Assembly: GCA_012295275.1 (NCBI GenBank)
Contig: CM022679.1
Span: 18,042,001-18,106,000, forward strand
Direction: 5' to 3'
From: Chrysomallon squamiferum
Lineage: Eukaryota > Animalia > Mollusca
DNA: 64,000 nt
Position 1 is the first letter of the stretch. The number at the start of each line of letters is the position of its first letter. This document shows, one piece after another, positions 36,543-51,700 of this stretch. The notes under the pieces are model-generated. The model had not been told where the DNA came from and did not search any database. It was given only the letters and a program-made list of their open reading frames with translations. The translations under genes were made by a program, and so were the position numbers.

Positions 36543-39500
36543 TTAAATACTTTTTGTTGTTGAATTTTCTGTCTAAAAACCTGTATCAAACACTATAACT
36601 ATAGTGATGTAAATAACTAGTGATTATTTTGCATTTTAGATGTAATAGATCAAAAATGGAAATAAATACAGATTGTTTTTAAAATACTTTTTGTTGTTGA
36701 ATTTTCTGTCTAAAAACCTGTATCAAGCACTATAACTATAGTGATGTAAATAACTAGTGATTATTTTGCATTTTAGATGTAATAGATCAAAAATGGAAAT
36801 AAATACAGATTTTTTTTTAAATGGTTTTAACAATTTAAGATTTGTTTTACAACAATGTAGTGTATGCAGCGGATATCAAGGGATTATTAAGCACAGTAAT
36901 GTGCCCACATTTATGGTACATATTCATCCACCAATGTCTATGAAAACTATTTCTTTTCTGTTTTCATGAAATACTTTTGCTGGTGGTGTGGTGTCTTTTG
37001 TTGACCTCTGAGGCCAGTAACAAATAGACAGACCAGTCAAAAATCTATAAAATATATTATTTAGAGTCAGGGAAGTTGTTGGTCAGATATCCCACAAAAT
37101 ACACCATCAGGTATCACCATACAAAATACTGAAACAGCATGATAGAACTAGGATCGGGAATAGTCTTTGTAAAGTTTGTTGGATGTGTCTGGTCAATGGA
37201 ACAGAGGCAGAGTGAATGTATCATTGTCAATACGAACATGGAAAACATGTCCACCAGGAGTCTGAATGAATTGGGGAAGTTCACATGATGTTTGTACATT
37301 GATTACAATGTCTCAGTAATATTTGAAAAAATACTGTATGAAATAGTTACAAAGTGGCCCCCCCCAAAAAATAAATTAAAGGTTTATATCTTTGCAACAA
37401 TTTCTCAGCATCCACATATAAACACACATATATGATATTTGGTTATATATTTCCCCAAATTACTTACAATAATAAATGTATAATTGATTGCATTGTGAAG
37501 GAATACATCTTAAAACATTAATAAAAGTTTGTAAACACTGATTAACTACCAATACTGCCATCATGGATTTTGATTGAGCCATCACCTTACTTTATTAAAC
37601 TTTGAAATTACATTGTTTTACATCGATTTTCAGTATTTTGTATGATTTTACCTTAACAAAGGTATGCATGGTTGTTCATATTACCAAACCATGATGTAGA
37701 ACACTTCTCCTAACTACATTTTTACCTTAATCAAACTTTTCAAATCAATTATTTTTGTGAAAATGCATGCATAATAAACTGAAAGTAGAACGTTCTAGCA
37801 GATTAATAAATTAACTCTCAGCTATGTTTGCCATATCAGAACCAATAAGAAAAGAGCTTTTAAATAGAGTTTCAGTTTGTATCCATTAAATTACAAAATC
37901 TGGAGCCATCATGAGTTATTGTTCCTGTTTGTTCTTGCTATTCTAAGACTGAAACCGAAATAAGCTCTGATTTTCCTTGTTTTCTGATTTGTTTATTTTT
38001 GCAGACCAAGCCACCAACCCAGCCATGCGGGAAGAAGACTGGGACCACATTATGACATTTTGTGATCAGGTCAACCGTGAGCTAGAAGGACCTCAGATAG
38101 CTGTCAGACTATTAGCACACAAAATACAGTCACCACAAGAGCGTGAAGCACTGTTTGCACTGAGTGTAAATAATAATATATAGAATAATATAATAACCAT
38201 TTTGACTCAGAAATGTACAGATCTTTTAATCATTAGTGTAAAATTGTTTGCCAAATTAATTCAAAAAAATTAAGATGGCATGTTATTATTTTAAAGAAAA
38301 TATAAAGTCTTTCTGAATGTCATGCTTAATTTTACAAAGAAAATAATGTTTATTTGTAGTTTAGCCTGCCTTGATGATGAGCCATTTTCTCATGTGACCT
38401 GCTTCTTAAATAAATTTGCAGATGCCTGATTTACATTATCTACCGTGGACTGTTTTAAAATTAGATTTAAACTTTGAAAACAATAATTTTTATTTTATCT
38501 ATGGACTGAAGTTGTAAATCTAATAATTTATTTTTACAGACTCTTGAATCTTGTGTGAAGAATTGTGGCAAAAGATTCCATCAGGAAATTGGAAAGTTTA
38601 GGTTTCTCAATGAAATTATTAAAGTTGTTTCACCAAAGGTGAAGAAATAAAATTTATATATTTAAATTATCAGAAGTAATATTTATTTGAAAAACTAAAA
38701 ATATTAAACAACCATAAAAATTAATCTTATGTTTCTAAATGTAATCAGAATTTATATTTTATGAGAATATTTTGTTCTGTTTAAGTATGTCACATTATAA
38801 GTAACAGGTAATGTTATATTTCAGTATTTGGGCAATCGAACAACAGCAGCAGTGAAAAAGCGATGCATAGAGATACTGTATAGCTGGTACATGGGACTGA
38901 AGCATGAATCAAAAATCACTGATGCATATGCAATGCTCAAGAAGCAAGGTATAATTAAGGAAGATCCTACTTACATAGAAAAAGTGAGTAATATAATCAA
39001 ATGTTAATAAATAATGTTCAAATTCTAGATGTATGAAAAGGGTAACATTTAAAATAGCATTACTTAAATTGTAAATAATCATTTGACTTTTCTAAATGTT
39101 TATTTCAATGCATATGTTATAACAGGCATGAAAAATAAAATGTCTGTAAAGTAGCAAATCATTGAGCCCTGGCCTTTTAAAGTACGCAACTGCTGTTGCC
39201 TACATAGGATAGATTATTTGTATGATTCACTGCTGACATTTGTAAAAAAAATATTTTAAAAACTATTGTTTAAACTTATTGTCATACATGCATAAACCTT
39301 AAGTGATCACAGGATTAAAAAAAAAAAAAAAAATTTTCCTTTATAAATAGGAAATAATCCAAAACAAAAGGTACTATTTATTGGCTTAGCTATCAAATTT
39401 CACCAGTCTCCAAATACAAAATAGGTTTATATTTTTAAACTGTATATAATTGTTACTATGTCAAAAACCTGTCAGAAGAAACATTTGACATAAGAATTCC

Positions 39501-42500
39501 TCTTTAGCAGATTAATAACTAATGATTTTTGAAAATCCTTTTAATATTAACTATTCCTTGTGCAAGATTATTGATGCTGTTTACAGTTTTTGAAAATCTA
39601 TTGGGTTCTACAAATAATATAAAATATATAAACAAAAATGTATATCATATTCCAGTAATGTATATTCCAGTCAAATACATTTGATATTTTAAAATACATT
39701 TCATTATTTGACTGTAAATTTAGTATTCCTAGGAAATAATTTGACTTCATGATTTGAGTATTGATTAATTAATATGTTTATTGTATCCAGCATAAACAGG
39801 TAACCTAACTATCTTTTATTATTCTTTTTTATTTAATTATTTTGTTTTGTTTTGTTAATTTATTGATATTTTCTATTTTAGTTTGAATTTAAAAAAAATT
39901 GTTTTAAAACTGTTCTATTATTTTATTATAAAAAAACAAACATGTCCACTCTGTAGTTTTTGTTGACTTTGGGGTAATTATTGTAATGTATGTAACTCAG
40001 GTCTTTCACATTAAGGAGTCAGCCTGCACTATCTCCATCCTACTAAGTCTTCGACACAGGGTACTTTACTCTAAAACTAAAATGTATGTGTGTATACTCA
40101 AATTATTTATACATAATCTGAACATCAAAATATCCAGACCCAAGAAATTACAGCAATTTGTGTCCAAAGACAGCAGTGTTTAACATGCATCTGTAACACC
40201 TTTTCCTGCCATCCCTTTCACAAATGCTGACAACACCACTGATGTTTATAGCAAATCTACAGCTAGTAATGTGTACTAAGTTAAAAAAAAAAAAAAAAAA
40301 ATGTTGTCAGTTATTAAATAAAATAGATATATTTGACTGCATAATCTATTATGCCTTTTTAATTGATAACCCTTGACATGAATATCTTATTACTGTTTTG
40401 GTTTGCTTTTGTAGAGATATAGTGCAAGATGCAGATTTTGATGTTATTTTATTTCTTACATGTATATTTGCTTGTTGTGATTTCCCCTGAGATTTCACAG
40501 TAATTAATATTTTCTTATTATTTTCTTATTACTAGATATATAAACTGGACCCATTCAGTAGTAACTTATATTGATTTTTTTCCAGACATTTGAACCATTT
40601 GCTGCTGAAAGACCTCGGTTAGCATCTTTTGAAGATGAAGAAAAATCTAAGGTGAGCATTACCCTAAATGTCTTGCTCAGACAATACACATTAGTTTTAC
40701 TTTCAATTCAAAAAGTGAGAGAAAGATGGTAATCTTAATATTTTAAAGCACAGAAATTGAAGAACTGTAAAATAAATGCTAAAATAGTACTCAGTGCATA
40801 TCTAATTATAAGTTTTTCCTTTGGATGTTTCCTTACTTGAACATTTCATTTATATATATTTTTTTATTTTTATTTTTTTCCATCTAGTTTAATTCTCATG
40901 CAGATCAGTCTATGATTTGTGTTACAGCTATGAGTAAAAAGTTTTCAGTTAAAGAAAACACTGTTCCTTTTCTAGAATAAATAGTTATTACCAAAATATC
41001 CTTAATATGACACAGTATTTGACCAAAAATATATGAGGTTCTTTGATGCAAGACCATATGTCATATGTCTTCATATCAAGCTGTTTATAACTCCTTCCAA
41101 CATTGGTTTCTCAGACATTTTGAAAACACTTACATATTTTGTTCATCCACCATGGTGCATTACGTTAAACTGCCAAAAATTGTGCTGGATTTTGTGCATC
41201 TTAGAAAAGATTGCACCAGTCCTGTAATTTATCATCAATTTTTCACTTAGATAGGTATGATGCTTTCATCCCATTTATACAGAAGGATTGCAAGTTGGAA
41301 ATTCTGTGGCTAGAGTTTTTCCATGAAATTGCCTAATTTGGCATCAGTTTTCACTGCTGAAATTTAGCTAGTTCTTAAATCCCTGGAAGAAATACATTAT
41401 TTTCACAGACTCACTTTTGGGTCTTCATATTTTACAGAACATGAAGTTAGAACATCCCTGAATTGTGATTGTGATATGAAACTATCTTTTTATCCAATGC
41501 CAATAAACTCTGCTTTAGAATTGCCTTGTGTCAGGGTAGATATTCTTTATAATGATTTTAAACCTAGATTCACCAATATAGTTTTTCAGTTTGGCAGAAT
41601 GATTGGATTGGTGTGGTCACAAACAAACTTCATTCTTTCAAGCCAGTCATAGGGTACTGGCAATGCAGGAAGGATGATATAGCCTTGTGTTGTGTCCGCA
41701 TCAGTCATTCTTATTTATCCAATTCATTTATCCTGAAGAAGTATTGTGCAGATCAGTGTAAGCACTGTCAGTATACTCTGACAGTTTGCCACATTTTGAT
41801 CATTATCTTAACCAGATTGGAAAGATATATTTGGTTGAACAAAAGTGAACTTGTTTTAAAATGTTTGAGAGTTATAGAATTTTACTATGAATTTTAATTT
41901 AATTACATTGATATTTTGCACAGCTTTTTACACAGTGTTCTAATTAATTTTCAAAAATTTACATATAAATAATCACCATTTTGTTGTGTTTACCTTTGGA
42001 TTGACACCCAATAGTCTTTATGTATTTTGTGCTGGAGTGTCATTAAACATTTATTCATTTCCTAGGATAGACATGTTCAGTTGAGTGGAAAAAACAAAGA
42101 AAACAACATTTTTTGATTGAATATGCTAGGTTAATATTTTTTTATGGAATGCTTAATAAGTTAATATATTATGTGAATTAAACTCTTGTTCATAGTTTCA
42201 GGTATACCGCCAGTTTGTTTAATATAGGCCTATTTAACAAACATAAATGCATCATCAAATTAATGCATCAGTGGCATAAACATTTTTTTTTACATTAGTT
42301 TAATCTGTGCATTAATTTCATCTTTTTCATCATATTTTTGATAATTTCATTATATATCTGTTTCAGATATTGTTTTTAATTGCTAATGTTTCTTTCTCTG
42401 ACAATTTTCTTCAGATTTTAGCAAAACTTTTGAAAAGCAGGAACCCAGAAGACCTACAGGCTGCCAACAGAATGATTAAAAATTTAGTGAAACAGGTAAT

Positions 42501-45500
42501 ACTTTTAAACATATTAATAAATCTTTGTTTTTTATTGTAAGAACCCATAAATATTATTAAAATAATACTAAAATCTAAACAAATTGGAAGGATACAAAAA
42601 ATTATATAGATTATTTTTCCTTAATCTATCTGAAATATATTTTAATTATTATTATTATAATTATTTTTTTGACGTTTATTTAATTTTTATTTTACAGGAT
42701 ATGGAAAGGTCTGAAAGAATTTCAAAGAGAATCAATGAATTAGAAACAATTGGAAATAATGTTAAACTCTTGAATGAAATGATGCTCATATATGAGCCAA
42801 ATACAACATCAACTTCAGACAAAGAAATGATGAAGGTTTTAGCATTTCTAATTGTTACATTTTATTCAGTGATATGTCAGACAATACCAGTTTATGAATT
42901 CTAAGTTTAGTCTAATATTTGTTTCCTGCAGGTAACTCAATAGATCTCTCAGTAAATAATGGTACATAATTATTAGTTCCTGGATGTTTACGTTAGGTCA
43001 AAAGGGTGCAAGTGCATCAAGTTTATTGGGGTTTACTGGGTATTTCTGATTATTTCTGTTAAGAAATGTGGAGAATATTTTATTATTTTTATTTTGTGAG
43101 TGAGCAGTGCTTTTATTTCAGGAGCTTTATGAAAGTCTAGAAAAATTACGTCCAAATTTGTTTCGACTTGCCAGTGATGCAGATGATAAAGATAGTGATG
43201 GAATCAGTAAGTTTGTAGTCATTTTTTTCCTAATGAAATCAGCTTTTTTAATTTCTGTATTTTTCATATTTTTGTTACTGTTTTAAAAGTGTTTTAAAAA
43301 CATTTTTATTTAAGATTTGTCTTTTTTTTAAAAATTATTATTACTGTGCATTATTTTTAATTAAATATTTCTCTGGTAGTTATAGATTTGTTTTTAATTT
43401 ATTATTTTCACAGATGATATCCTCAAAGCAAATGATGCTGTAATGAAATGTATGTCTGAATATAAATGTAAAGTAGAAGGAGTGGTCAGTGAAAATGGTG
43501 ACTGGTCATCAAATAGAGGTAAAATCCATTGATTTAAATTGAAATCTAATTAATATACACATTTTAATGTGTTAGTACTGTAATGAGTTAATAAATTTGT
43601 AACATATTTATCAAATGTGTTTGATATAATCATTATATTTTGTATTATAATTTGTTTATAATCCACACAGTAACAACAGTCTGTCAGATAATATCAATCT
43701 GTTCCCACCTTATCAAGTTAGTTTGTTTGATACCTTCATACATTCATTTCACCAATCTCAGTATATAATGAATTTCAATAAATCTAGGTCAAATACCATG
43801 AGTAAACTAGGTGCAGATCTTTAAAATTCACATGAAATCAGATGTATATATATTTGTCTCTTATGTTGAATTATGAGGATAATTAATATGTATATTTGGG
43901 GTTTCTGCCCTCATATTTGATCAACAAATATTATTTTTTTTAGTCCATCTTTTGTATTTTTAATCAAGTAGACCAAACAAAAAGAAGGAGAGCCTGGTGC
44001 CTCACATGTAGCAGAATACAAATGACAAAAAATCACATTTGTTCTATGGACATATAACAGTTACTCTGATATGACTGATTTCCACAACACAAAGGAAAAC
44101 AAAAATAATGATGAAATATTTCTTCACAAACATTTGGGTAACTGGTGAGCCATGAGATCGCTTAACATAGATTTGAGACCAAAAAAGAAAGAAAAAAGCC
44201 CAGTTAAAATTACTTCTGCACTAGTGGATATAGTGTGGAAAAAACAATACCATATTTATGATGATATCTTGGATTTTTTTATAAGCCCATAATTTCTGTA
44301 AATTGTTTTTAATCTTTATTGAAACAATCAGTGACTGAAGTTCATATCTCTCTTAAAATGCTAGATAAATCTACGAAATTTTCACAACATCAAGTTCATT
44401 GAATTAAAATAAAATTCTGATTAGCGTAAGTTATAGATAATTAATTTTGTACAGATATATCATTTAATCTACTGAAATAAAATAAAAATAAATTTCCAAT
44501 CAAATAGAAGGATTTGATCATAGTGGTGTTTTTTAATGATCTCTATCTCCAAATAACATGATTTTGGTATTTGCTAGAATAATGTTTGCCAATGACAGAC
44601 TTTGGCTGTATTTTGTACTAATAAAGCTAAATACCTGATCTACAAGCAAGGCTAGTTTTTAAGATGTCACATTCACATTTTGTTTATGCTTGGATAATTT
44701 GTGATGATATTTTTTATCAAAAAACAAAAAATATTTCAAAAACAAATTGGTGTGGATCAAGTTACTTAAATAAATTTAATCTAGAAAATTTAAAAACAGA
44801 CAATTTTCAACAGGAGGTTGTGTTTTGTATGTAGGATGGATGCAGAAATGGTGAAAAGTACCTACTTGACTGTATGCTAACATGTATGTTGCAATTATAC
44901 TTTAGGTCTACAAAAGAAAAATATAGTGTACAATCATTATTCCAAACTCAGATGAAATATTTCAGATATTTCCAAAAGGTGATTTTTGCTAATAATTCTC
45001 TCATTTTAAATGACTTGTTGGCTTGTGTCAATCATTACTAGACAGAAATTCACTTATCAGCAAATAAATTCTCAAATATTTCATTCTTCGCTCTTTCAAA
45101 GACATTGATACTTACCTCTATTTTATGTTAACAACAATAAAAAAATATATAAACAATGCTTGTCGGTTATTTTATAAAGAAAACACTGGATTGCCAAATG
45201 TTTTTGCAAAAATCCTTGATTGTGTTGGAAAATAATTATGAACTAATGAAGTTACAATTATACAGTATATTTTCTTGTGTAAACTTGCAGTAGTTAGCAA
45301 ATTGTAATAAAAATTGTGTACTCAACAAACTCACAGATCACCACCTACAATCTTTTTAATCAATATCTGCACAGGTTGTATTACTTATTTACACTAACAA
45401 GATATATTCCAGTAATTTCTTAAACCTTAACATTTAGTTAGAGAAATATTTTAATCTTTTCAGAAATTGCATGCCCTTTGATTTTCCTTTTAACTCTATG

Positions 45501-45707
45501 TATTATTGTTTTTTCTTTTTCTTCTTCTTCTTAGAACATTTGTAAATTCTATAATTTTAACAAAAATAAATCCATCATATTTAAAGAACCCAGAATCATA
45601 ATAATTTTAGTTAACCATTTAAAATAAATAATTTCATTTTTTCTTTTTGATATTCCATGCATATTGCAAATGATGTCCATTTGTATTTTTAATAATTTTT
45701 GATGGGT

Positions 45708-45744
<37 letters not shown>

Positions 45745-48700
45745 CCTTTTTTGCCATTAAAAACCACCAATATTGTTAATCTTTCATTATTATGAAAGAC
45801 TAAGAATATTGGTGGTTTTTAATAGCAAATTTTTCATTGATTTTTTTGTTTTCAGATGTCTTGTCCCTTCTGGATTTGAATTTTGATCATTCTCCTGCCA
45901 AATCCTCACCAGTACATGCTCCAAATATCAAACCTACATCAGCATCAATATCAACATCATCAGACATCTTAGAAGATGAACTTCAAAGTTTAGGTAAAAA
46001 TAGTTTGGATGTTGTTCATGTTAGGTTTTATCTAATCAGTTGCAACGTAAAAAAGTGTAGCTTATTTTTTCCTTTTTTCTTTAATTAGTAAACAAATGAT
46101 TGAAATATTCACTATGTTTGATGACTAATGAAAACACACCAATAATTAAAGTGTGTGTTGTTTGTGTGTGTGTGTGTATATGTATATATATATAAACACA
46201 CATACCTGCTCATTAATACCCCACATTGAGTCATTTTGGCCTGTGTCAAATTTGCCTTTATGTAAATATCCTGGAGTAAATTTCAGTTCAGTGAATATCA
46301 TCACGTCCAGCATTACGTCAGTCACCATCATCACCTATGTCATCATAAAAATATATTAAAAATTAATAGTAAGGAAAAACTAATTAAAACATTTTGTAAA
46401 CAGAATAAAAACATGTTAAAAACCTTAAATTACGTATACGGAAAAAAATGTTTACATTGACCTCCACCTCTCCCAGGACCAAGCATGCAGAAGAGTGAAC
46501 AAATTTAAGGTAAATGTCATAATTTTGTTAATTATTCTTACAAACTAAGATAAATATTCTTTAATGTCTTAATGAGAATTATATTCTTCTGTGTGTTATT
46601 TATGCTAATTGTAAGTATTTGTTGTATTATTTAAGGCATTTTTAATGGCAAATCAGTAGGTAATTTTATTGTTTTCATTATTCTTTAAAATTTAGTGATA
46701 ATTATTTTGTGAGTTATTTATATTTGTTTTATGGAGTTTGTTGTGATTTTTAGGCATTAAATCTGCAAATAGATCTGACTTACACCAAACATGGGGTTAG
46801 ATCACTGCTTTTTGAACCAGTTAATGATGCAGTGTGGAGCATGACTGTATAAAAAAGAAATAATAAAATGGCCCTGACATTTTGAAAAACATTTTTATTT
46901 CTTAATACATTTCATTTAAAAATAAACTGTACAATGTCTCTCAATTATATAAATATTACTGTAGTTTTTAGGAAATCAGAATGCTTAACATGTTGTTTTC
47001 AAAACAGAAACATGTTTAACCATGTCATTCTCATACTGAAAACAGTGCTAATACTTAAATGTTTCTTAAATAGAATTTGAAATAAACAAATTTATAAGTT
47101 TATTTTCCATAAATCTTTTAACTATTTTGTTCTATATATTTTTCTGTAAAAATATTTACCAACCGTTGCAGCTTGTTTTCAATTATTTTTTCCCACAATT
47201 GTATTTTCTTTTCCACTTAAAAGTCTGTGTTAAAGCAAGGAAGATGAGACTGTAAATAGTGTTGAATTATTTGTTTGTTTAATGAAGCTAATTTTAATGT
47301 ATTATGATTGCTGTTTTTTGGTGTATCTATTTATGTTTGGCTGCAAATTAATTGTAACTACAATTAAAACATTTATGTTTGTTTTTAGGTTTGGATGATA
47401 AAACTGTAGGTAATGGAAAGACAGAAACAACGACAGTCAGTACCAATGTCCTTGATGAGCTGGGTGATCTGTTTTCTCAACGGGTAATGATAGAAATTAT
47501 ATATTTTTTAAATTTACTATCAATTATGTGATATACAACTAAGTATGAAGTACATTTGAATAAAATTCTAAAAATTTGTATATATCTTTGGTGATAGATA
47601 ATTTATTTAATAAAATACCAATAATGTTTTACATTTTGGAACAACCAGTGTAATAACATGGAATCATGATTTGGAATATGAAGAAATTGTAAAATACATA
47701 TTATTTTGTTACATTCATCTCTTACAGTTTGAGATGGCTTTTCCAGACATAGTAAAATATGACTATATTCTTTTACTACATCATGCTCAGGTTTCCTCAA
47801 ATATTGAGTATTGGTCATAGTGCTCATGGCATAAACTGTAATTAAAATAACTTGCCAAGATATTTTCTTATTTAATACAGCAAGTGTAAACAATAATGTT
47901 TACTGTTATTTAAGCTTGTATCAATGTTTAATGATACAACAAACTCTTAACATAGAATCATGTAGCTAAATATGCTGGTAATAAAATAAAACATTTGATA
48001 ACAATAAGTCTAACAAAATATCTTGTTAAAAGTTAATAGTTATGATAACTAACTCTCAGACTATTCGGATTCCAAATATATTATTATAGTCCTATTAGCA
48101 TTAATTTTATTGATTTAGAGTATCGATTTTTACATTGTTATGGACATTTTTTTGTGGGTTTTTGTTGTTGTTTTCTTTACTTTTTATTTTGGTGAAAAAA
48201 AACATAACCTAATAATTAGAAAATATTTTTAAACTATTTTATTTATGCATTCAAACACTGGGATCCAGACTTCATTATTCAGTGCTACACCTCAGTTCTC
48301 TGAGACACAAAAACAGCCAACCATTCCTGTGATACCTCAACCATTTGATCAGAGTCCTGTTCCCAGATTACCACAGATTCCACAACTGCCTATACCTGCC
48401 ATGGGAACAAATCTAGCTGGTAAAAAGAAATAGATTAAAAATCCCTTCCATTTTATAAAGTATATAACAAATTATTCTGATTTAAGTCTAATATTTATAT
48501 AATTTAAAAAAAATATATATATATATATAATCCTTTTCCTTCATTCTTTGTATTTGTATAGCTTAGAATGGTCTAACCCAGAAAACAAAGTTTTTGAGAT
48601 AACTGGCTTTTAAAGTATATAACAAATATTAGAAATATTTTCATAGTACAGTTAAATGCAATTGACCTGGGTTATACCATTAAGACACAATATAATCTAG

Positions 48701-51700
48701 TCAGTATATGTCATTTCTTATTTTTTTAGCCACATTCATTCTCAGCTTTTCATTTTATTTGATTTTTTTCTTCTAACAGCTATACAGTGACAAAACAGTA
48801 CAATTTGTTTTCAGAATTCTTTTAAAACTATTTAATATTCATAATACAGACCAATAGGTAAAACTGTTTAAAGATTTTCTTTTGTATAGTTACTTCTAGT
48901 ATAAGTGGTTTACCAGAACCAATACAAGCAGTTCAAGTGGCTACAACAAATGCAACTCCTGCTGTATCTCAAAGTAATGCAGAAAAACCTAAAACAATAT
49001 CAGAATTAGACTTGCTGGGTCAAAATCTTGTGCAGGAAAACCTAGCTAAAGATCCTCATCGACATATACATCCTCCAATGTAAGTTCTGTTTTTATTAAT
49101 CAGCAAAAATTAATTGGATGTCAAGCTATGGTTATGGCAAAACTTAATGATGGTCAACATCAGTATAATCCTCTTGTTTCTTATTGTTGTTGTTTCCATT
49201 TTTGACCACTTTGCCATTGACATTACAACTTTGATTGAGATTGATAAATAAGGGCCAAACACTTGCCATGAACAGTGCATCATAGTCAAGTTATCTCCTC
49301 AGTTTAGATGGAACATAACCTTGTGATCTGCCCATTCATGCAGGTGTTTTACATATTGAACTACAAGCCAAGAATCTGGAATGAAATTCAAATAATTTGT
49401 ATTAGCACCTTTTTAATTATCAGTGGAGTAAGTAATAATTTGTAGATGATCGTTTTCTGGTAAGTAGTAGCTCATTCTTTGATCATGTACTCAGAATCCT
49501 TTTGAGCCATTTTTGTTAATGGCATTCTCTCTATGATGATTAGTGAGGTCTGTTTATGTATTAAAGTTTATAATAATAAATTACAAAATTTACATTTTGT
49601 TTAGTTAATATTTTGACTTTTCTTTATTTTTTATTTATTTTTCAGACCTATATCTAAAGTACCTATGAATCAGATGAACCAATCAGGTACAATTATTCAA
49701 ACAGCTACAGTTACTCCATCCAGCCAATCAGCACAGATGTTATTGGCCACTGATGCAGTAGGTCCTCAGTCAGTTTTACCTAATTTTGTAACTCCTCCTT
49801 CATCCCAGATTGGTCTTTTATCTCTCACTGATGTTTTTGTACCACTTGAATCTGTTCAGCCTGGTAAGTCTAGAATGTCATTTAATTAATTTGTCAAGAA
49901 ACATTAAACTTTTTTCCATTGTTATTTATCTTACATGTTTGCATCAGTAATGTGAAAAGATATATCAATCCTTGTAATTTTATTTATTTAGTCAGTTATA
50001 ATCTTGTAATCTATAAAAACTTTATTATTTGATTAGTATTAGGTATGGTTTTTGTTAGTGTGCAATAAAGCAAAAACTACACAAGTTCAATCTTGATTAC
50101 ATTAATTCTTTAATAAAGAATGACAGCATAATATAGACAATCACAATTTATAATATAATGTGTAGAATTGGCAAATTATCATTTACACCAATCATACTGA
50201 TAACATCACACACCAACACTGGCAGAGAATTACTGGCATGGGTTTACTATGTATATATTTACCAAGAATCTTAAGTTTAAATAAAGAGAAATAAATCTGA
50301 GATGCCTTAATGACGTTTATGTAAGTTTAATAAAACCAAAGATTATGTTGAGTGCTTTAATTCAGTCCCTGACAAACACCTCTGCTTAGTGGTTGCTTGT
50401 ACATTATGTGAGTTTTAATTTCTACTTTTTGTTGTACACTGACATCATCTCACAGTGTCTTTGCCTCTGCCTGAATGCTGATATGCTTCTCTACTTTTTC
50501 ATAGGCATAACCTAGCTTTTTTTATTCTCTTGTATCCATACTGGCAGTATTACTTCTTTGTCTTGGCATTGTCTCCACCCAGAAGACAATCTGTTAGAAG
50601 CTGGGAGTGTGTTCCAAAAATATGTTAAATTGGTGAAAAGCCAGTTGTTGAATGAGTTCATTATAACAATAAATGAGTTGAAATATGTACTAAGGTAATT
50701 TCTTCTTGTGATTATTTGGAACTGTGCGGAGCAGGTAATCAGAGTTATGTTGAATGTCTCACATTACCATTTTATGGAGTGACAAAGAATAGGAACACTT
50801 CTTATTACCTGAAGGAAAAGTACATAAACTTGCATCAGTTTCCACAAATAAAAGATTCATTGAAATCAGCACACCCTAATATCACAGTGATGTTAGTCTC
50901 ATCTTTAGAGTGTCAAAAACCTTATCGTCCTGAGCAAACTTTGACCATGCTTCTTTTTATCTTCTTCTTAACACCAAAGAATGCAAATGCAAAGCAAAAT
51001 GAGAATCCTTTCAAATAACATTTGTAGTAACTGACAAACCCCAAGACAGACATCAAGTCCTTTAGTGTTTTTTGAACTTCCCATTCAACAACAACCTTTA
51101 TTTTGTCTGAATCTGTAACTACTCCATCGATATATATTATATGTCCTAGATATTTCACTTTTTCCTAAAGAAACAGAATTTCCTGGTTTTTAGTTTGAGT
51201 CCATGTTATTTCTAAATTTTAAATGAACTTACATAAACTATACTTGTATCCAAGAAGACTAATAATAGGTATTCCAAATTGCACAATCTGAATAAAAATA
51301 GCACAAATGGAATATTTGAAGCCTTATCTTTGTGTTTATTGCACACTTCTTGTGCAATAAAAAAACTTTTAATCTCAATCAAAAGTGAGTTGCTGTAGCC
51401 ACCATCTTGTTATGGATCAACGATTGTTTCGTGAACATCATTTATACATTACTTTTCATGTTCATGGGTTTAACTCTGTGAGCTTTCTTTGTACAAACAA
51501 AATGTAATAAACAAAAGTTCAGTATCTTAGCTTAATTGTTATGTTCAATATAAAGTTTTTGCCCCAGAAAATGGTAGAAAACCTTCACAAAAAAAGCCTT
51601 ATTAAAGTCTGTTGACTATACCCAAGCAGTAGACTTCTTTCAAAGAGAAATATTTCCTCTTTTAAAGAACAGTAGATATGGACCTTAAAGCAACTACCTG

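Noticed and set aside
36860-37330. Possible Tc1-like remnant in GGA intron 1
   Set aside because: Only vague motif resemblance; no TIR or TSD found.
38372-38430. C/D-box snoRNA-like motifs (ATGATGA...CTGA) in GGA intron 2
   Set aside because: Too short, no terminal stem and no recognisable guide sequence.
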